NCBI GenBank assembly: GCA_013265495.1
Contig: MU058591.1
Span: forward strand, 124,001-188,000
DNA length: 64,000 nt
Origin: Vicugna vicugna
Taxonomy: Eukaryota
Direction: 5' to 3'
The notes under the pieces: model-generated
The model's database searches: none
Told to the model about the DNA's origin: nothing
What the model saw: only the letters and a program-made list of their open reading frames with translations
Shown here: positions 40,539 through 54,761 of the stretch, piece by piece
Numbering within the stretch: position 1 is the stretch's first letter
How the letters are laid out: each line of letters opens with the position of its first letter
Translations under genes and position numbers: made by a program

Positions 40539-41478
40539 AATGACAATGAAAGAAACAAGAAAAAAGAGAAAGAGGGAGAAGTGGAACATGGGGTAGAAAC
40601 GCTGTATTTACTTTCCTAGCAAAGATAGAAAAATGATCAATTATGAAAGTCAGGTGTTTCATTAAATTCTACAAAATTGAATGTTTGTTAATTTTGACTT
40701 CCATTTTTTTGTAAGGTGACATCAGGTGGGTTGATCCAGAGAAGAGAGCAGATGACCGAGAAGCAAGATTTTAAGATCTAACTAGTAAGTTCCCTGCTAG
40801 TCTCACTTCATTTATTAATAAAAATCGAGCATAGTTTGAGACCCACTTTGAACCTAAGTTATGTTCATGTGGCACATGAAACAGGTTTGGCAGTTTGAAG
40901 GGACCAGAGTCATCAGAATCCTATTTGCCTGAAGAAGTAAACAGTTTTAACAGTATCTTCTTGTGATGGAAAAATTGTTCGGACAATTATCAAAAATTTA
41001 GGTATCTCTGGAGAGAGGTAATTCTGAATAGAACATGTTGCCATCCTGCGGCCAAACCAACACTAGACTATGTCTGAGGCTGGGAAATAAAATCTTCAGT
41101 TAATTCTTGACTGGAAGCAGAGCTGGAAAAAGTAATCAGGAAAAATTTTGCAATGCATTGAGAAAGAGTTTCATCTTGGAACTTCTCCAGAAAACTGCAA
41201 CACAAAGGAAGAAAAAAATTGTATAATTTACCAAATCGTTGCAGTTTTTGCACCTTAGAAGCTTCATTGTTTTAACTCAGGCAAGAGGTGAGAAAACCAG
41301 CAGGGGCACAGCAGTGCTGGGTGGGAGGCACTAGTGTCTGCAGAGAGACACAGGTGTGTCCGGGGAGTCAGCAAAGGGGGCCAGCAGGAGGGCGAGTATC
41401 TGCTACAGGACTGCTGTGTACACCAGAGCATGGATGCTGATCCGATCATTGGCCAAGCTTAGTTCTTTATTTTTGATT

Positions 41479-41821
41479 TACTATGGATGGAATGTTTATG
41501 TCCCTCAAAATTTATATGTTGAAATTCTAACTCTCAAGGTGATATTAGGAGACTGGGTCTTTGGGAGGTGATTAGGCCATGAGGGTGGAGCCCTTAAGAA
41601 CAGGATTAGGGACCTTACAAAAGTTCCCTGGTGCCTTTACCGTGTGAGGACACAGGGAAAAGGAACCCTTGACCCCAACGCAGGCTCTCAGCAGACGCTG
41701 AATTTGCTGGCGCCTTGTTCTTGGGCTTCTTAGCCTCCAGAAGTGTGCAAAGTAAACCTCTGCTGTTCATAAGCCACTAGCCTACGGTATGTTGTGATAA
41801 CAGCCGGCACGGGCTAAAACA
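41479..41821 (+). mobile_element. MLT1A-like solo LTR
   Basis: tactatggatggaatgtttatgtccctc...gggaggtgattaggccatgagggtggagccc...ttcttagcctccagaagtgtg...gggctaaaaca. Confidence 0.85.
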
Positions 41822-44800
41822 CTTATCAACCCTTCCACCCCAAGCATATGAAGACTTCACAAGGGATTGGGTTCTTGCAGCTGTGATGTGAGTAGGAGCA
41901 AATGCAATCCAGAGTACCCTGGGATATACAGAAAAGTGGATGGCTGGTTTACTGCTCAGAAAATATTCCACTTCTTTTCACTTAAAAAAAAAGCATCTGG
42001 AGAGGTTTGAGAAGCAATCAAAGTGGCAGTTATATTGCCTGCAAATAATTCAGATTATGGGCCTTCTATGTGTCCATTAATGGCAAATCTAAGAACTTTA
42101 AAAGTCAACCAAGTGGAGAGTAGGACTGACATACTCATTAAAACTAAAGCACTTAACGCAAGCTCTCACCTGCATCAAAGGACACTTCCTAAAAGGGTGA
42201 CTGTTGGCAGAGTCAAGATTTTACCCATGCAGGTCTTTCCATTACAGAGACACAGAAACTATCACAGCCTCAAAGTGGCTATGGTCACAACAGTTTTGGC
42301 TTTGAAAATATGTGCCCTTTGGGCTAAACTAAAATAAGAAAAACTCCCAATAATTCAACAACAAAAAGCATCTAACTGAATAGGCAACGTAGAAGGTTCT
42401 CAGAATCACTCGAAAATAATTGATAGCACCTGCTTTTGAGAATTCGTGACTATAAGCCACTCGTTTTAAAACCACATCTAATAAATATGTGATTTGGATT
42501 TAGTTTTACACCCCCTTCTCCCCTAAAGGAATTCTATACCAACACCCTTAGTTGTGATAATAATCTCCTCTCATCACCCATTCCAAATCCAATTGAGGCC
42601 TTTTAAAAATATAGAAAGAGATAATAGATTTGGTGTTTGCTTTTTTTTTTTTTCTGAGAGGTATGGATAGATTAGCTTAATAGTTTATTTTAAACTCTGG
42701 CTTTCAATAAATTTCTGCAGAACTTCCTCTAAGCTGTTCAAAAGCTCTGTGACATCCTGAAACTATTCTTCCAACTCAGAACTCAAAGTCTGAGACATTA
42801 TTTTGCTCAATCAGGCTGTATTTATAATCCATTGTAGATCAAAATCAAAACCCCCTAATTACATGAGATAAAAATTAAACCACAATAGAGTAAAACCTCT
42901 CAAAATAGTAAAATTGTGATTCAAATTTTAAAATTTAGACTTTTCTAATTTGTCACATTTATGCTAGTTATTCAATATTATTATTATTAATTCAAAGTAC
43001 ATTTATTATTAAAGATTGGATCATAGTTATGAATTATCAAAATGAACAACAAAATTAGAAAGCATTTTTTCCCAATTGTCAGATTAGCAACATTTGAAAG
43101 CCTTCAATTATAGTTTGTATTGGTGACAGTAGTAGACATAGGAGAACTTCCATAGGAAGCTGGTGAAAGGAAGCAATCAGTGTAGTCACTTTGGAAGGCA
43201 GGCTGGTAGAGTCATGCAGAATTTCAAGTGAGTATACACATTGAACTAAAGATTGCGTTTTGGACATGTACTCTTTAAAAACACTTACAGACAAGAATAT
43301 TTTTTACAGCATTTCATGTAATAGTGTAAAAAATGGAAACAATATGTCTATCTTATAGGACTGGTTCAGTAGTGTCATCATTCTACAGATTTCCATGTAG
43401 AAGTTACAGACCAAAAAATATTACTTGTGTAATAAAATTCTTAAATTTTGCAGGGACTTTTAAAGTGCTTCTTGAAGTCCCATGCCCCTCGGACAACTAA
43501 TTAAACAGTTTGATTCTTAGTCTTATAATTTTTATTTTTCTCTATATCCACACTAACATTTAGGAGAGGTAGTGACAATAGCAGTAGAGTTAATGTTTAT
43601 AATCTGAGTGAGGTTATTCTATGTTGTCTTGAAAAACATCCTTCTGTTCACTTACTAGATCTTGCACATTTTCTCATGTACACACACACACACACACTCA
43701 ATTTCATCATAAAGATCACTGCCCATTTGATGAGAACTCAGGTTGTAGTCTCACAGACACTCCTATTCTGTCAGAACAATCAGCAAATGTATATTTTAAA
43801 GTTTTCAGATTTTTACATGTCCTGTAAAAAGTGGTCTACCTGGGACCTTAGGAGAGATGCAAAGCATTACGGGTGAAGTATACAAATGACACTGTTTGCG
43901 TCTCTGTATTTTTCCCCACTCTGGGCTTGACACATATTGCTCATTGTAAGAATCCACCCACTGTGTATAACTGATTCAGTTTTCATGTAAAACTAAGTAA
44001 AGAGGTATAGGAGACTGCTTCTTTTTAACTAAAATTAGCAGGCCAAAGTCTAAGTCCTCAGGCATTAGGGGTAAGTGGTGCTAATTCTAAGAGATCATTT
44101 TTATCAAAGGAATAAAAGCCTCTTATATTTTCATGAACAAAAAGGAGTGACGTTTTACAATTTTGACTATAGAGAGAGAAATTCTCTAAGTGAGAAAAAG
44201 CACTTTCTAGTATTTCCTACTCTTCTTCACCACAATTTTAGAGGCATAAATTCCAATGAACGTGATATGAAATAAATAATTTACCATTGAAAAGCACCTA
44301 AACATTTTTTTTTCTAGCAGTACCAAATTGAGTTACTTTAATTGATTCACATTAATTTGACTGAATTTACTGTTCCAACTTTTCAGGGCTCAATAAATGT
44401 GTAAGAATTAACTTCCCATAATTAACACAAATTTGGAATACATTATTGGATTGTACTAAAATGCATTGTTCACAAACAAAATGAACTTTAACAAAAGATG
44501 AATAACAAACATCCAGTTATAAAGACATTAGAGCTGTGTAATAATTGTGCAACAGAGTCAGTACATCAAAAAGACGAGTAATTTCTGTTTCAGTACCAAA
44601 GGCTATTAGGCATGTATGTTTATGCAAATTTCATTTCTTCTGATGAAGGCTTTAATTGTACTCATTTAAAAAGCTAGACTAGAGAATTTAACGTTTTCTA
44701 TAACAAGAAGAAATAGGAACCTTTTTGTGGGAAGGTGAATTTAACGAATTTTGAAACAAACACTGGAAAATGTTACCCAGAATGAAACAACAATTGGTTT

Positions 44801-47800
44801 TGGCAAGTTAAAGAATTCACAGTTAATATTAGATTACTTAGTTTTTGCATGTCAGCTCACTCTTAACTTGTTAGAAACTTTCTGTTGAGAGACTTCATGA
44901 ATGACAGTTATTACATCAATATTGCTTTTCTGTATCAATTTAACAACACATTAACTACAAATGTGCAGCTGCTAATAGTACTTACCTCCTTTGAAACACA
45001 TTGTCATGGAGAAATTATTGAAGCATTTAATCAAATGCTAACAAGGTATCCTTGAATATGATTGGAACTGTAATTTATTTGCTTAAAAACACTTTCATGA
45101 ATTAAGTCTTTTACTGATCTTGTTTTCTATAGATATTTTATAACAAAAATCATATTCGCTAGAGAAATAAAGCGATGACCTATGTCTCTACGGACTTTCA
45201 GAAAAAGGGTGAATATTCATTGATGGTCCACATTAAAAAAAAAAAAAATAGCACCCAAACCATCTTTAACTTCAAAATCCAAACAGAGTCCACCTTACCA
45301 CCAAAGCAGTTAACCAGTCATGTAAACTGGTTGGGCTCAGAAACTTAGGGATTAATAGAAGTCAGAATTTTCCATCAAAACCAAAATTATGGTTTTCTAC
45401 AGTTTATCATTTTACTCACTTGTCATTATTGACCCTCATGTCAGTGAAAAGAGTTACTTTGATCATTTCTTTATTTAAAATAGTTTTTTTTTGTTTTTCT
45501 GATTATGAAAGTATGTGTTTATTGTGAAAAATTTTAAAGATATAGAAAGACAAAGAAGAAAGTAAAATACTTCTTAATCCCGCTATCTAAGAAGAACCAC
45601 AGAAATTTTCTCCATACACTTTCAGATCCACACACCTGCGCACACACATACTCACAATGACAGAGATGGATTTTCTGCTTACTCTTTATTCTGTGTAAAA
45701 GGGTAACACTCTTGACATATGCGTAACACTTCATAAATGTTTATTACATTGATAAAGCTATCTGACTTTAAACATGGATCTTCGAGGCTCTTACATCCTA
45801 GCTACTGTATGGTCAATTATGCAAAATGTATTTGGAAGACCAGACAATGTTACAGGGGACCTCAGGGGTCATGTATTATTATACCTTAACTTAATAGTCT
45901 CAGTGACACTAGTAAATTTATCTGGACTATGCACTTAATGCTGTTAGCTCAGAGCAGTGCCCAAACTATACCGCACATTTTCTAACTCAGGGTCTAATTT
46001 TTAAAAAATAATACATATTCTCATTATTTCCACAAAGGATAAGTGGCTATTAAAATTCTTTCTAAGAATCTGGCTGGAAAACTTCCTGGGCATAAGCGAA
46101 AAATAACATTCTGTTATGCTTTCTCCCGAATTCTCCCTGATGAGTTTTGGAATACCAGTATGGCACATTGACCAGATATCATCAAGTGCTTTGGTAAAAC
46201 CACTCCAAGAGTGATAGTTGCATGCAGAATGTGTAATGGGGCATTCTTTATAGTCCAGATCATTGATTAAGCTGTAGCAGAGAAATTCTTGCAGCTGCCA
46301 AAAATGATCAGACAGTGTAACTAAAAGTGTCAACAAATCTTCCTAACTAAGCAGTAACAAAATTCCAACAACTTGCTGATTAACCAAGTAAAAGAACATG
46401 GAGTGAAAAGCTAACACTTCTACAACCAGAAAATACTCCTAAGGGTTAAGCAAAACAAAACAAAAGAAAAACACAATTCACTGACAGCACACAGTATCAA
46501 AAAGATGCATACAATGTAAAATAATTCGATGTTGAGAATTACACTGACACCTGCACACAAAAGAGATGTGATAGACTTGGAAGTGAAAGATGTGTGAGCA
46601 AGTTATTTTTTAAGTTGAACCATGTAGAGACTACCTCTATGACGGAAATATTAAAATATTCAGATTTTTGCTTTTTCAAAAGTACACTTAATAATCTCAG
46701 TTTGTTTCAATGTGCTCTATTCATGAGACATTGGTATGAAAAACAGAAAAATTAGTGATTTGCCTAAATATCCACAGGGATTTTCTAGTTTCCGTTTCTA
46801 CTTAGCAAAAATACCAGCTAACTGGGGTTTAAAGATTGTTCTCATTATCAATGCATTTAGTTTCTACAGAAAATTGTAATCACTAGCCTAATATTTTCCT
46901 ATATTTATTTTAGTTAATAATCTTAAGCAAGCAAACAAACAAACAAAAATGATATATGCTTTGAGGCTGGGACCAAGAGCTATTTAAACTACAATCCCTC
47001 TGTACCCAGCGTAGTACTAAGTAAATGTAGGAATGTGGTCTGACTGAGTAAGTAAGTTCGTATTTTTCTCAGAAAACACTATAATGTTTCTTTTATTAGA
47101 TTGTACTGCCTGTGATGTTCAAGTGGATCATCTGACTGTGCTGTATTTCGTTTAGGCTTAACCATTCTGATTCTGACCTAAACAATATTAATAAAATAAA
47201 AAAAAACCAGACAGGGTTTGTGGATGTTTTGCTTCTCCAAGCTTAAGTTTATGCTTTTTGATATTTCTAAAGCTTATGTTTTCAAATAGTATCCCCAGTT
47301 TTCCCTTGTTCCTCATTTTTGATGAGTAATTCATTTCATAGTCTTTCTTTCCTTTTCCCTTCCTTCCTTCCTTCATTTGTTCTTTGTTTCAATAGATGAC
47401 AAAACTTTATGGTCTCTAAATCCATTTAAACCAAGGTGTCAGAAATAACTAGAAAAACTGTGTTATACCATAAAATTTCTCATCATGACTATAGATTCAA
47501 GCTTGCAGTTCCTACAAGTATACAATAGTGCCCTCTAATGCTATTTTGAAAACAATAACACTACAATTTTTGTTTCTCAGGATGCTAATTCTTTTCCATT
47601 TAGGAATCTTATCAATAAATAAAATGCTATAAAAATATTTTAACTTATAAATAAATACCTTTTGAGGCAATATTTATAAAATCTCCCTGATTATATTGTC
47701 AGGTTTATGTTCCTTTTTTACTTGAAATTCACTAATGTCTAGCACATTCAGTAAGACACTTAGTAATAAAATTAATTGAAACTAGTCTCATAACTATTAA

Positions 47801-48619
47801 ACATATTTACTCATGCATTAAAATAAATTCTTTATTGACATAATAAGGTGCATTTTCAGAGTTTTCTATCATCAAAATGTCATAAAAATTGTTACACTAA
47901 TTATATATTAAGGATATAGCTGTTAATCTGTTGCATGCAAATTATTTCTTGGTCAGAAAACTATAATTTACCCTAATAATGTTTTATTTTATAAATAAAT
48001 GTCATTTTTTACAATTATTATGATAATCATTTTATTGAATTTTAAAGCTTTTAAAAGAATCTAATACAGTAATAGGTAAAAGGCAAGTCTTTTTATCTAA
48101 ACCTAAAATAATGCATTAGCATGAGAATGGATGCACTTCTAACCTCTCAATAATTAGGGATTTTAACACTTTCCTAAAAATTCCCTAAGAGAGTCTTAAA
48201 ATGAAATATTAATGGAAATTAGCTACTTGAATAAAGATACAAAGAAGTATAGAAGTAAAAATAAAATCGAATGATGGATACATTAGAGATTTGAGCCTAT
48301 GAAATAAATCTGTCAAGGTTCAAGGACACAAAAGTCACCAAAGATATTTTCAAGTTGAAATTAACTATTTTAATTTGGTTGTGGTGTGGTTAAATAGTAA
48401 GAACTACAAAGGTCCTAGAAAGATAAATTTAAGAGAAGAAATTTGTCTAGGTTGTGTGTAAGCTGTACTACATTTTGCAGAGAAAAATCTAAACACCTTG
48501 TTCTTACTGACAGATTTTGAATTAATTGCAAACTCTGTGGGAAAAGATCTTGGTATCAGCATAGACAGATCAGTGAAAACATTTCCTCCATATTCTTCAC
48601 ATTTCAAATCACATTACAA

Positions 48620-49200
48620 GCCCAAGATATCCTTCTTCTGTGCTGTATTAACCAGGTTTCTGGCTTCTGTAAATGGGATGCTTTGTCATCTGCCCTGCAT
48701 GTACATGCTGGGCAGCCCAATAATAAATACACCTGAGTCACCTTGCCTTGACCTCTTACCTTCCTCATCAATGCCCCACCCCCGCCACCTCCTCCAAAGT
48801 GTGATTTTCAAATACAAACCAACAGATCCGGAGTCCACTCCCACCCACCTCCTTTATTGGACCCTCACACTCCAGGTCACTATCCACTTGCCCTAATCGC
48901 CATGGGACCAGGTCCTAGACAACTAGGCACACTCACATGCCTAGGAGTCTGCTGAAATTATTCAAACTAGCCAATCCTAATCCTGTTTATCTTGTAACTC
49001 CCATTCTGTCCCACAGAAACCACACTAAGAGCTCTTTGTCCCTCTTCTCTGCCTCCTGACCAACCATGGTACCTCCCCCAGGTGGCCTCCCCATGGCATG
49101 ATGTACCTCCTCTTCTTGAGAACTGGGAGTAATGTTTTATCTTTGCAATGATGGATATCTCCTAATGTGTTAATTTACAGTACCTAAACTTTTCTATCAA
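48620..49200 (+). mobile_element. Probable ERV solo LTR (family not assigned)
   Basis: C-rich block with LTR-like motifs (gctgaaattattcaaactagccaatcctaa, cccacagaaaccac). Boundaries uncertain. Confidence 0.45.
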
Positions 49201-49242
49201 TATTCTGTGTTTTAAAATATTTACCTCTAAATTTTTCTTAGC

Positions 49243-49314
49243 TTTTTGTTTTGTTTTGTTTTTTTGGTTTTGGTTTTGGGTTTTTTTGTTTGTTGGTTTG
49301 GTTTGGTTTGGTTT
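49243..49314. repeat. (TTTTG/TTTGG)n low-complexity repeat
   Basis: Directly visible. Confidence 0.85.
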
Positions 49315-51129
49315 AAGATTAGATGCTCTTTGGTGAGAATTGCAGACAACTTTGATTCATTTCCCTCCTAAGAATGATGCCACATATCTGGGGGGAAAAA
49401 TATTTTTCCAGAGGTCAGTTTTCTGCCAACCCAATTGGTGAAAAGAGAGCCTAAAATTTAAACATACCCTCTGATTGTTCACAAGGTTTGCTAGATCTTG
49501 GTCACCTTTAAAATTTAAAGGATTAAACTAAGTTTTCTGTAATGACTCCTTTATTTCTAATGGTTGAAGAATTATTAGCCTTCCTAAGTCATGGAAATTT
49601 AGTAGCAGCACCCAAGGAAAAATATTACTAATGTCAGCAAAGTAAATAAGGGAGAGGTTAAAACTGTTCAGATTATTTAAATAGAATCCAAAGAGCAATA
49701 AAGATTGTTCACAAAGAGGAATTTGTTTCCTCAAGAAAAGGTTACAGTATGTGTATACAATGCTATTCTCTATTTAAGAAGGCAGGAAAACCTAATTCCC
49801 TAAAGTTAAATTTCCAATTAAATTTGCTTTAAGATTTTACTACTTAAAGAAAAAATATCTGGTAACATTTTTCTTTTTAATTTATCAAAAGGATATCACC
49901 ACATTTCCTGACAAACCTGCTTAAATGATTAAATTTCAGAAATAACTTATCTTCTATACAACATGTGTTATAAAAATGCTTTGTATATGAAATTCACATT
50001 TCACATATTAGGTTCACATATCCCTTAGGTGGCAAAGTCTTTGAGGCAAAGAGTTTTATGGCTATGTGATTTATTAGTTGGTTGTTTCATGTATTCAGCA
50101 AATATTTATTGAGCATTTATAGTGTGGTGAACACCAAGCTGACTATTACTGATGTTTAAATGAGGCACTTTCTCCTTCGTGTCTGCCCTTAGCCTTGAGG
50201 CATCCAAGGCAAACTCATAAACAGAGGCCTGTAAATCTTAAGTGTACTGATTTAGGTGTTATAAGTCAAAGTAACGTGAATAAATATGTTCTATACTGTA
50301 ATCTATCAAATATAGTTTCTTAAGAACTCAGGAAGCCATGATTCCTCAGACTGTACAACCTTCCTTATCAGATCTGATGGCCAAGGTGGGGCACCTGAAT
50401 CCAGCCCTGGTTAATCCTGTAAATGAGGAGTTGTTTTCATACTCCTTACACAGACCCATGCTCTCGATAGTCCTTGGTCCTCGGAATGCATGCACTTGGG
50501 TGTTTGGCCCTAGGAAGATAAACCTTGGTAGAGATCTGTTCAGGTCCTAGGAAGAGGTTCAGTGAAGTTCAGACAGGGAATCCCAAGGTCCTAGGTGTCT
50601 GGAAGGTAGAAAAGAGGTGTATTCTCCATGAAGCAAATTATCTTAATCCTGCAGACTCCTGGCCCTTGGAGGAGACACAGCCTTATGACCAGAGAAAAGG
50701 TGGTAGATAAGCAGTGAGACACAAAGTTTTTAGTCTTTGTGGGAAAGTGAAGAGAAATAAAAAATTAAAGATGATTATAATGATGTCTTTGCTAAAAAGA
50801 TATTCAGTAAGCTAGACACAAGGAAGAATTTAAATCACAGTATAAAAGAAAAATCAAAGAAAGAATCTCAGAAAAGGTTAAATATTGCATATGTGTTTTG
50901 GCCTCAATCTTGGCATGGCATGTGCCATAGGGATTAAGAATATATATATATTTGGGGGGGATTAAGTATATTTATAATGCTACAGGCCAGTGGTTTATTA
51001 CACATCTGTAGGGAGAAAAGTATCTTAAGTGATTTACATATTTATTTAAAATATCTATTTAATTTTAGTTTTGGTTTTAAAAACAATAGTAAAATTTTCA
51101 ATTCTACCTAAGGATATATGGTAACATTT

Positions 51130-53950
51130 TTCACCCTTATTTTTGAAAGATATTTTTACTAGATAAATCTAGAGGGACAGATTTTCATAATTCAGCTGTG
51201 CCTCTCTATTATCTTCTAGTTTGCATACTTTTGCATGTGAAGTCTGTTCTCATTTTTATTTTCATTTCTCTGTACTTAATGTGTCTTTCTTTTGGCTGCA
51301 TTTAAGATTTTTACCTTTATCATTGTCTTTGCCACATGATTATGGTGTGTCTTGACATGATTTTGAAGATTTTCTTATGATTGAAATTCATTGAGCTTCT
51401 TAAGCCTGTGGGTTTATAATTTTCATCATATTTGGGAAAAAACATTAGCTCTTATTTCTTTACTTTTTTTTTTTTTTTCTGTTTTCCCAGTGCTCTTCTG
51501 ATAGCACCAGAAATGGAAACTGTTTGGGTATATTTAAAGTAGGTTTTTCTTATTTTTAAAACTGCTTAAGAAATAATTCAGTGTTTAATTCAAAATTAAT
51601 AAGGAATTGTGGGATTTTAGGAGATAGAAATTATTTGTATAAAGACTTTGCTATGAATAAAATGGAACATATTAACAAAGTGATCAGTTCATCAAAGAAC
51701 AAAACATTTCTAAATATTTATGGGCCTAAAGATAGTGCTTCAAAATACACGAAGCAGAAACTTGTAGACCTGAAAGAAGAAGTAGATAAATCCACCATTA
51801 CTCCTCCATAGTAACAAACAGAACAAGGAGGCAAAAAAACTTCTGTAATGTGATTAGGTAGCTTGACTTAACTTATACTTGTAAAGTCCTCCACCCAACA
51901 ACAGCAGAATAAACATTTTTTATAAGTATACTTGGAATATTCATCAACATAGATCATATTCTAGGCCCTAAAGCAAGTCTTTATAAATTTAAAAGGGTTT
52001 AATCAAAGTATATATTTTGACCACCAGGAAATTAAATAAGATGTTAGTAACTGAAACATAAGTTTAAAATCTCCAAACATTTGGAAATTAAATATGTAAG
52101 TCAAAGAAGAATTCATAAAGGAAATTAGAAAGTATTGCTAATGGGAGTGAAATAACAAGATATTCATATTTGGGTGAAGCATTCAAAACAGTGTCCTCAA
52201 CCGTATTCATCTTTTCTCCTGCATTGTTTAAAGTGCTGTTAATCCCACCCATTGTACCTCCATTTAGAGTAGTGTTATTTTCATCTCTAGGAGTTCTACT
52301 GGGTTTTGTAATAGATGTAATTTTTCTCATTATTCTCACGTTATTGTCTACCTTCTTGAATGTGTGGAATATATTTATAATAGCTATTTTAATTTAATTT
52401 TCTTCTAGTTCATTAATCCTATTCTTTTATGAATCTGCTTATATTAATTAATTTTTCTTTTGGTTGTGGTCATATTTTCCTACTTCCTTGAAGCTTTTAT
52501 AATGTTTTGATATAATAAAGCTTTTGTAATGTAATGATGCTGAATATTGTGAATTTTACATGTTGACTGCTAGAGTGTGCTGTAGTCCTCTACATAGTGT
52601 TGGTTTTGTTCTGGCATGTAGTGTAATTACTCAGAATCAGTTGGATTCTTCTGAGCTTGCTGTTAGCTTTTTCAGTTTGGGCCTGCCTACCACTGAGTCC
52701 AGGGCCAAGCTGGCCTCACCACTAAGGTGGGAATTCTACGTGATACTCCAGGTACTACAAACTCTACCATGGCTGCTGAGAACACAAACTATACCTATTT
52801 TTTTTATATGTTGTAGAAATTGTTCTACATTAACTACTATTGTTAGAATATAAGGAAATTCGCAAATCAATGTGCTACATTTTCAACTTTAAAGTAGAAA
52901 AGTTAAGTTTAAGTAAATTAATACTAGAATAAGTACAACAAAGATAATAATAAAGAACAGAGAAGTAAATTTAAGATAATAATAAAGAACAAAGCAGTGG
53001 ATAAAATAAAAGCAGAGCTTATTCTTTAAAAATACAAATAAAATCAATAAATAGCTAGCAGACTAATGATAATAAAAGAGAGAAAACATAAGTTGCCAAT
53101 ATTAGAAGTGAGATGACACTGCATATATTAGAAGGATAATAAGAGGAAATCATGAACAATCTTAAGTCAACAGAGCTACAGCAATGATGGCAATGAAATA
53201 TTGGCACTTGAGCTAACAAACTGTTTAATAGAACAGAAGACAGAAGACAGACTCAGGCATATGTGATAATTTTATTTTCAGCAAAGAAGGAAGATAATTC
53301 ATGGGAGAAAGAATGAACTTTTCAACAAGTGGTGCTGGAATAATTAGATATCCATAGCTTAAAAAAAAAAAAAAAAGAAAGACACTTAGCCATACTATGT
53401 ATACTAAAATTTACTTGAATTAGATCAAAGACATGATATCCAGAGATTAAACTACAACACTTCTAGAAGAAAACAGGGAAAACATTAACAACTGTGTGTT
53501 CTGCAAAGATTTCCTAAATATAGAACCAAATAGCCTGAAACACGAATCTAAAAACGTGATCCCAGTCTATCCCTTCCCACACTCTACCCCCGCCGGGATT
53601 TCAAAATTGTAGAATAGATAAACAAGATTACACTGTATAGCACAGGGAAATATACACAAAATGTTATGATAAATCACAGAGAAAAAAATGTGACAATGAG
53701 TGTGTGTATGTCCATGAATGACTGAAAAATTGTGCTGAACACTGGAATTTGACACAACACTGTAAAATGATTATGAATCAATAAAAAATGTAAAAATAAA
53801 AATAAAAATAAAAAATAAAAATGTGATAATTAGACCCCTTCAAAATTAAAAATGTATAGTCTTCACAAGATACTGCTAATAAAATGAAAAGACAAGCCAC
53901 CCACTGGGAGAAAGTCTTTGCCAACTGAGAGAATTCATTGGCAGCAGATA
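51130..53950. mobile_element. Patchwork of old L1M fragments in both orientations
   Basis: The plus-strand ORF 51581-51811 ends in an L1 endonuclease-like segment (NIYGPKDSASKYTKQKLVDLKEEVDKSTI). Antisense blocks lie at ~51130-51490 and ~52170-52800, and a sense ORF2 block at ~52850-53950. Confidence 0.7.
53561..53816 (+). mobile_element. Young short L1 3' end with a 5' inversion, nested in the older L1
   Basis: Same family as 654-1005, with an (A)nT tail. TSD AAAAA(C/T)GTGAT at 53550-53560 and 53817-53827. The first ~35 bp are inverted. Confidence 0.9.
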
Positions 53951-54664
53951 CTGATTTCAAGAGATGTTAAAGGAAAGTCTTTGGGCAGATGTCAGATGGA
54001 AAAGATCTACACCAAGAAATGCTTGCTCTTTTTCAATGGCTTTTGCCCCTCCTCAGATAGTTTTTTCTCAAGCATGCATAAGTCAGCACTGAGTCAAAGG
54101 CTTCAGGGCATCTCCCTGCAGATCTCTAGGTCTGTCTGTCTGTCTCTGTCTCTCTTGTCTCTCTCTCGCTCCTGCCTTCCCTGCCCATCTCTGTCTCTCT
54201 GCCATCTGCTACTCTGCCTGAAAACTGTAGCCACTTGCCTTTCTCCACACCCTGATCTTTGAGTCCTCTATTCATGGAGACTTCTGGGTTCTCTTTGCAT
54301 TTCCCCTCCCTACACTGCAGCTTATAAATACCTTCTAGCGGTGACCTTCTACAATTTTAGGACTCACTTTGTTTCCCTTTTCTCAAAGATCATAAGTCTG
54401 CATTGCCTGTTGTCCAGTTTATGAAAATTCTTGCATCTTATATTTGATACAGTTTTCCAGCTGTTTAAATAGGAATGGTACATTTGGTCCCTGTTACTTC
54501 AATTGGTCAGAAGTTGAATTTTCTGGGTTTTAAGAGCAGACTGAGAAATCATATTTCTTGAAATCAAATACAGGTTTTCTCTGACTTTCCTACTATGTGA
54601 GCTCTTTGAAAAAAATTAAATTTGATTTCAAAATTAAAATGTGTTTGAGAATTATATGTAATTG

Positions 54665-54761
54665 GGGGTGGGAAGGGAAGTAACTCAGTGGTAGATCATG
54701 TGCTTAGCATGCAGGAGGTCCTGGGCTCAATCCCCAGTACCTCCATTAAAAAAAAAAATAC
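54665..54761 (+). mobile_element. tRNA(Ala)-derived short SINE (resembles camelid Vic-1)
   Basis: A-box-like TAACTCAGTGG, anticodon-arm-like TGTGCTTAGCATGCA, B-box-like GGCTCAATCC and an A-tail. A 12-bp TSD TATATGTAATTG is at 54653-54664 and 54762-54773. Confidence 0.85.

Noticed and set aside
44980..45045. Candidate minus-strand micro-exon (GAG|GTAAGT donor)
   Set aside because: The acceptor is weak, the peptide is unrecognisable, and there is no supporting gene structure.
46001..46336. ORF with QLQE / TKALD / PRKF motifs reminiscent of an RTE or CR1 reverse transcriptase
   Set aside because: Motif spacing does not fit what I recall of those RTs, so the match is likely chance. A Dfam or tBLASTn search would settle it.
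54665..54745. Possible functional tRNA-Ala gene
   Set aside because: The A and B boxes are mutated, and it has an A-tail and TSD, so it is a retroposed SINE.
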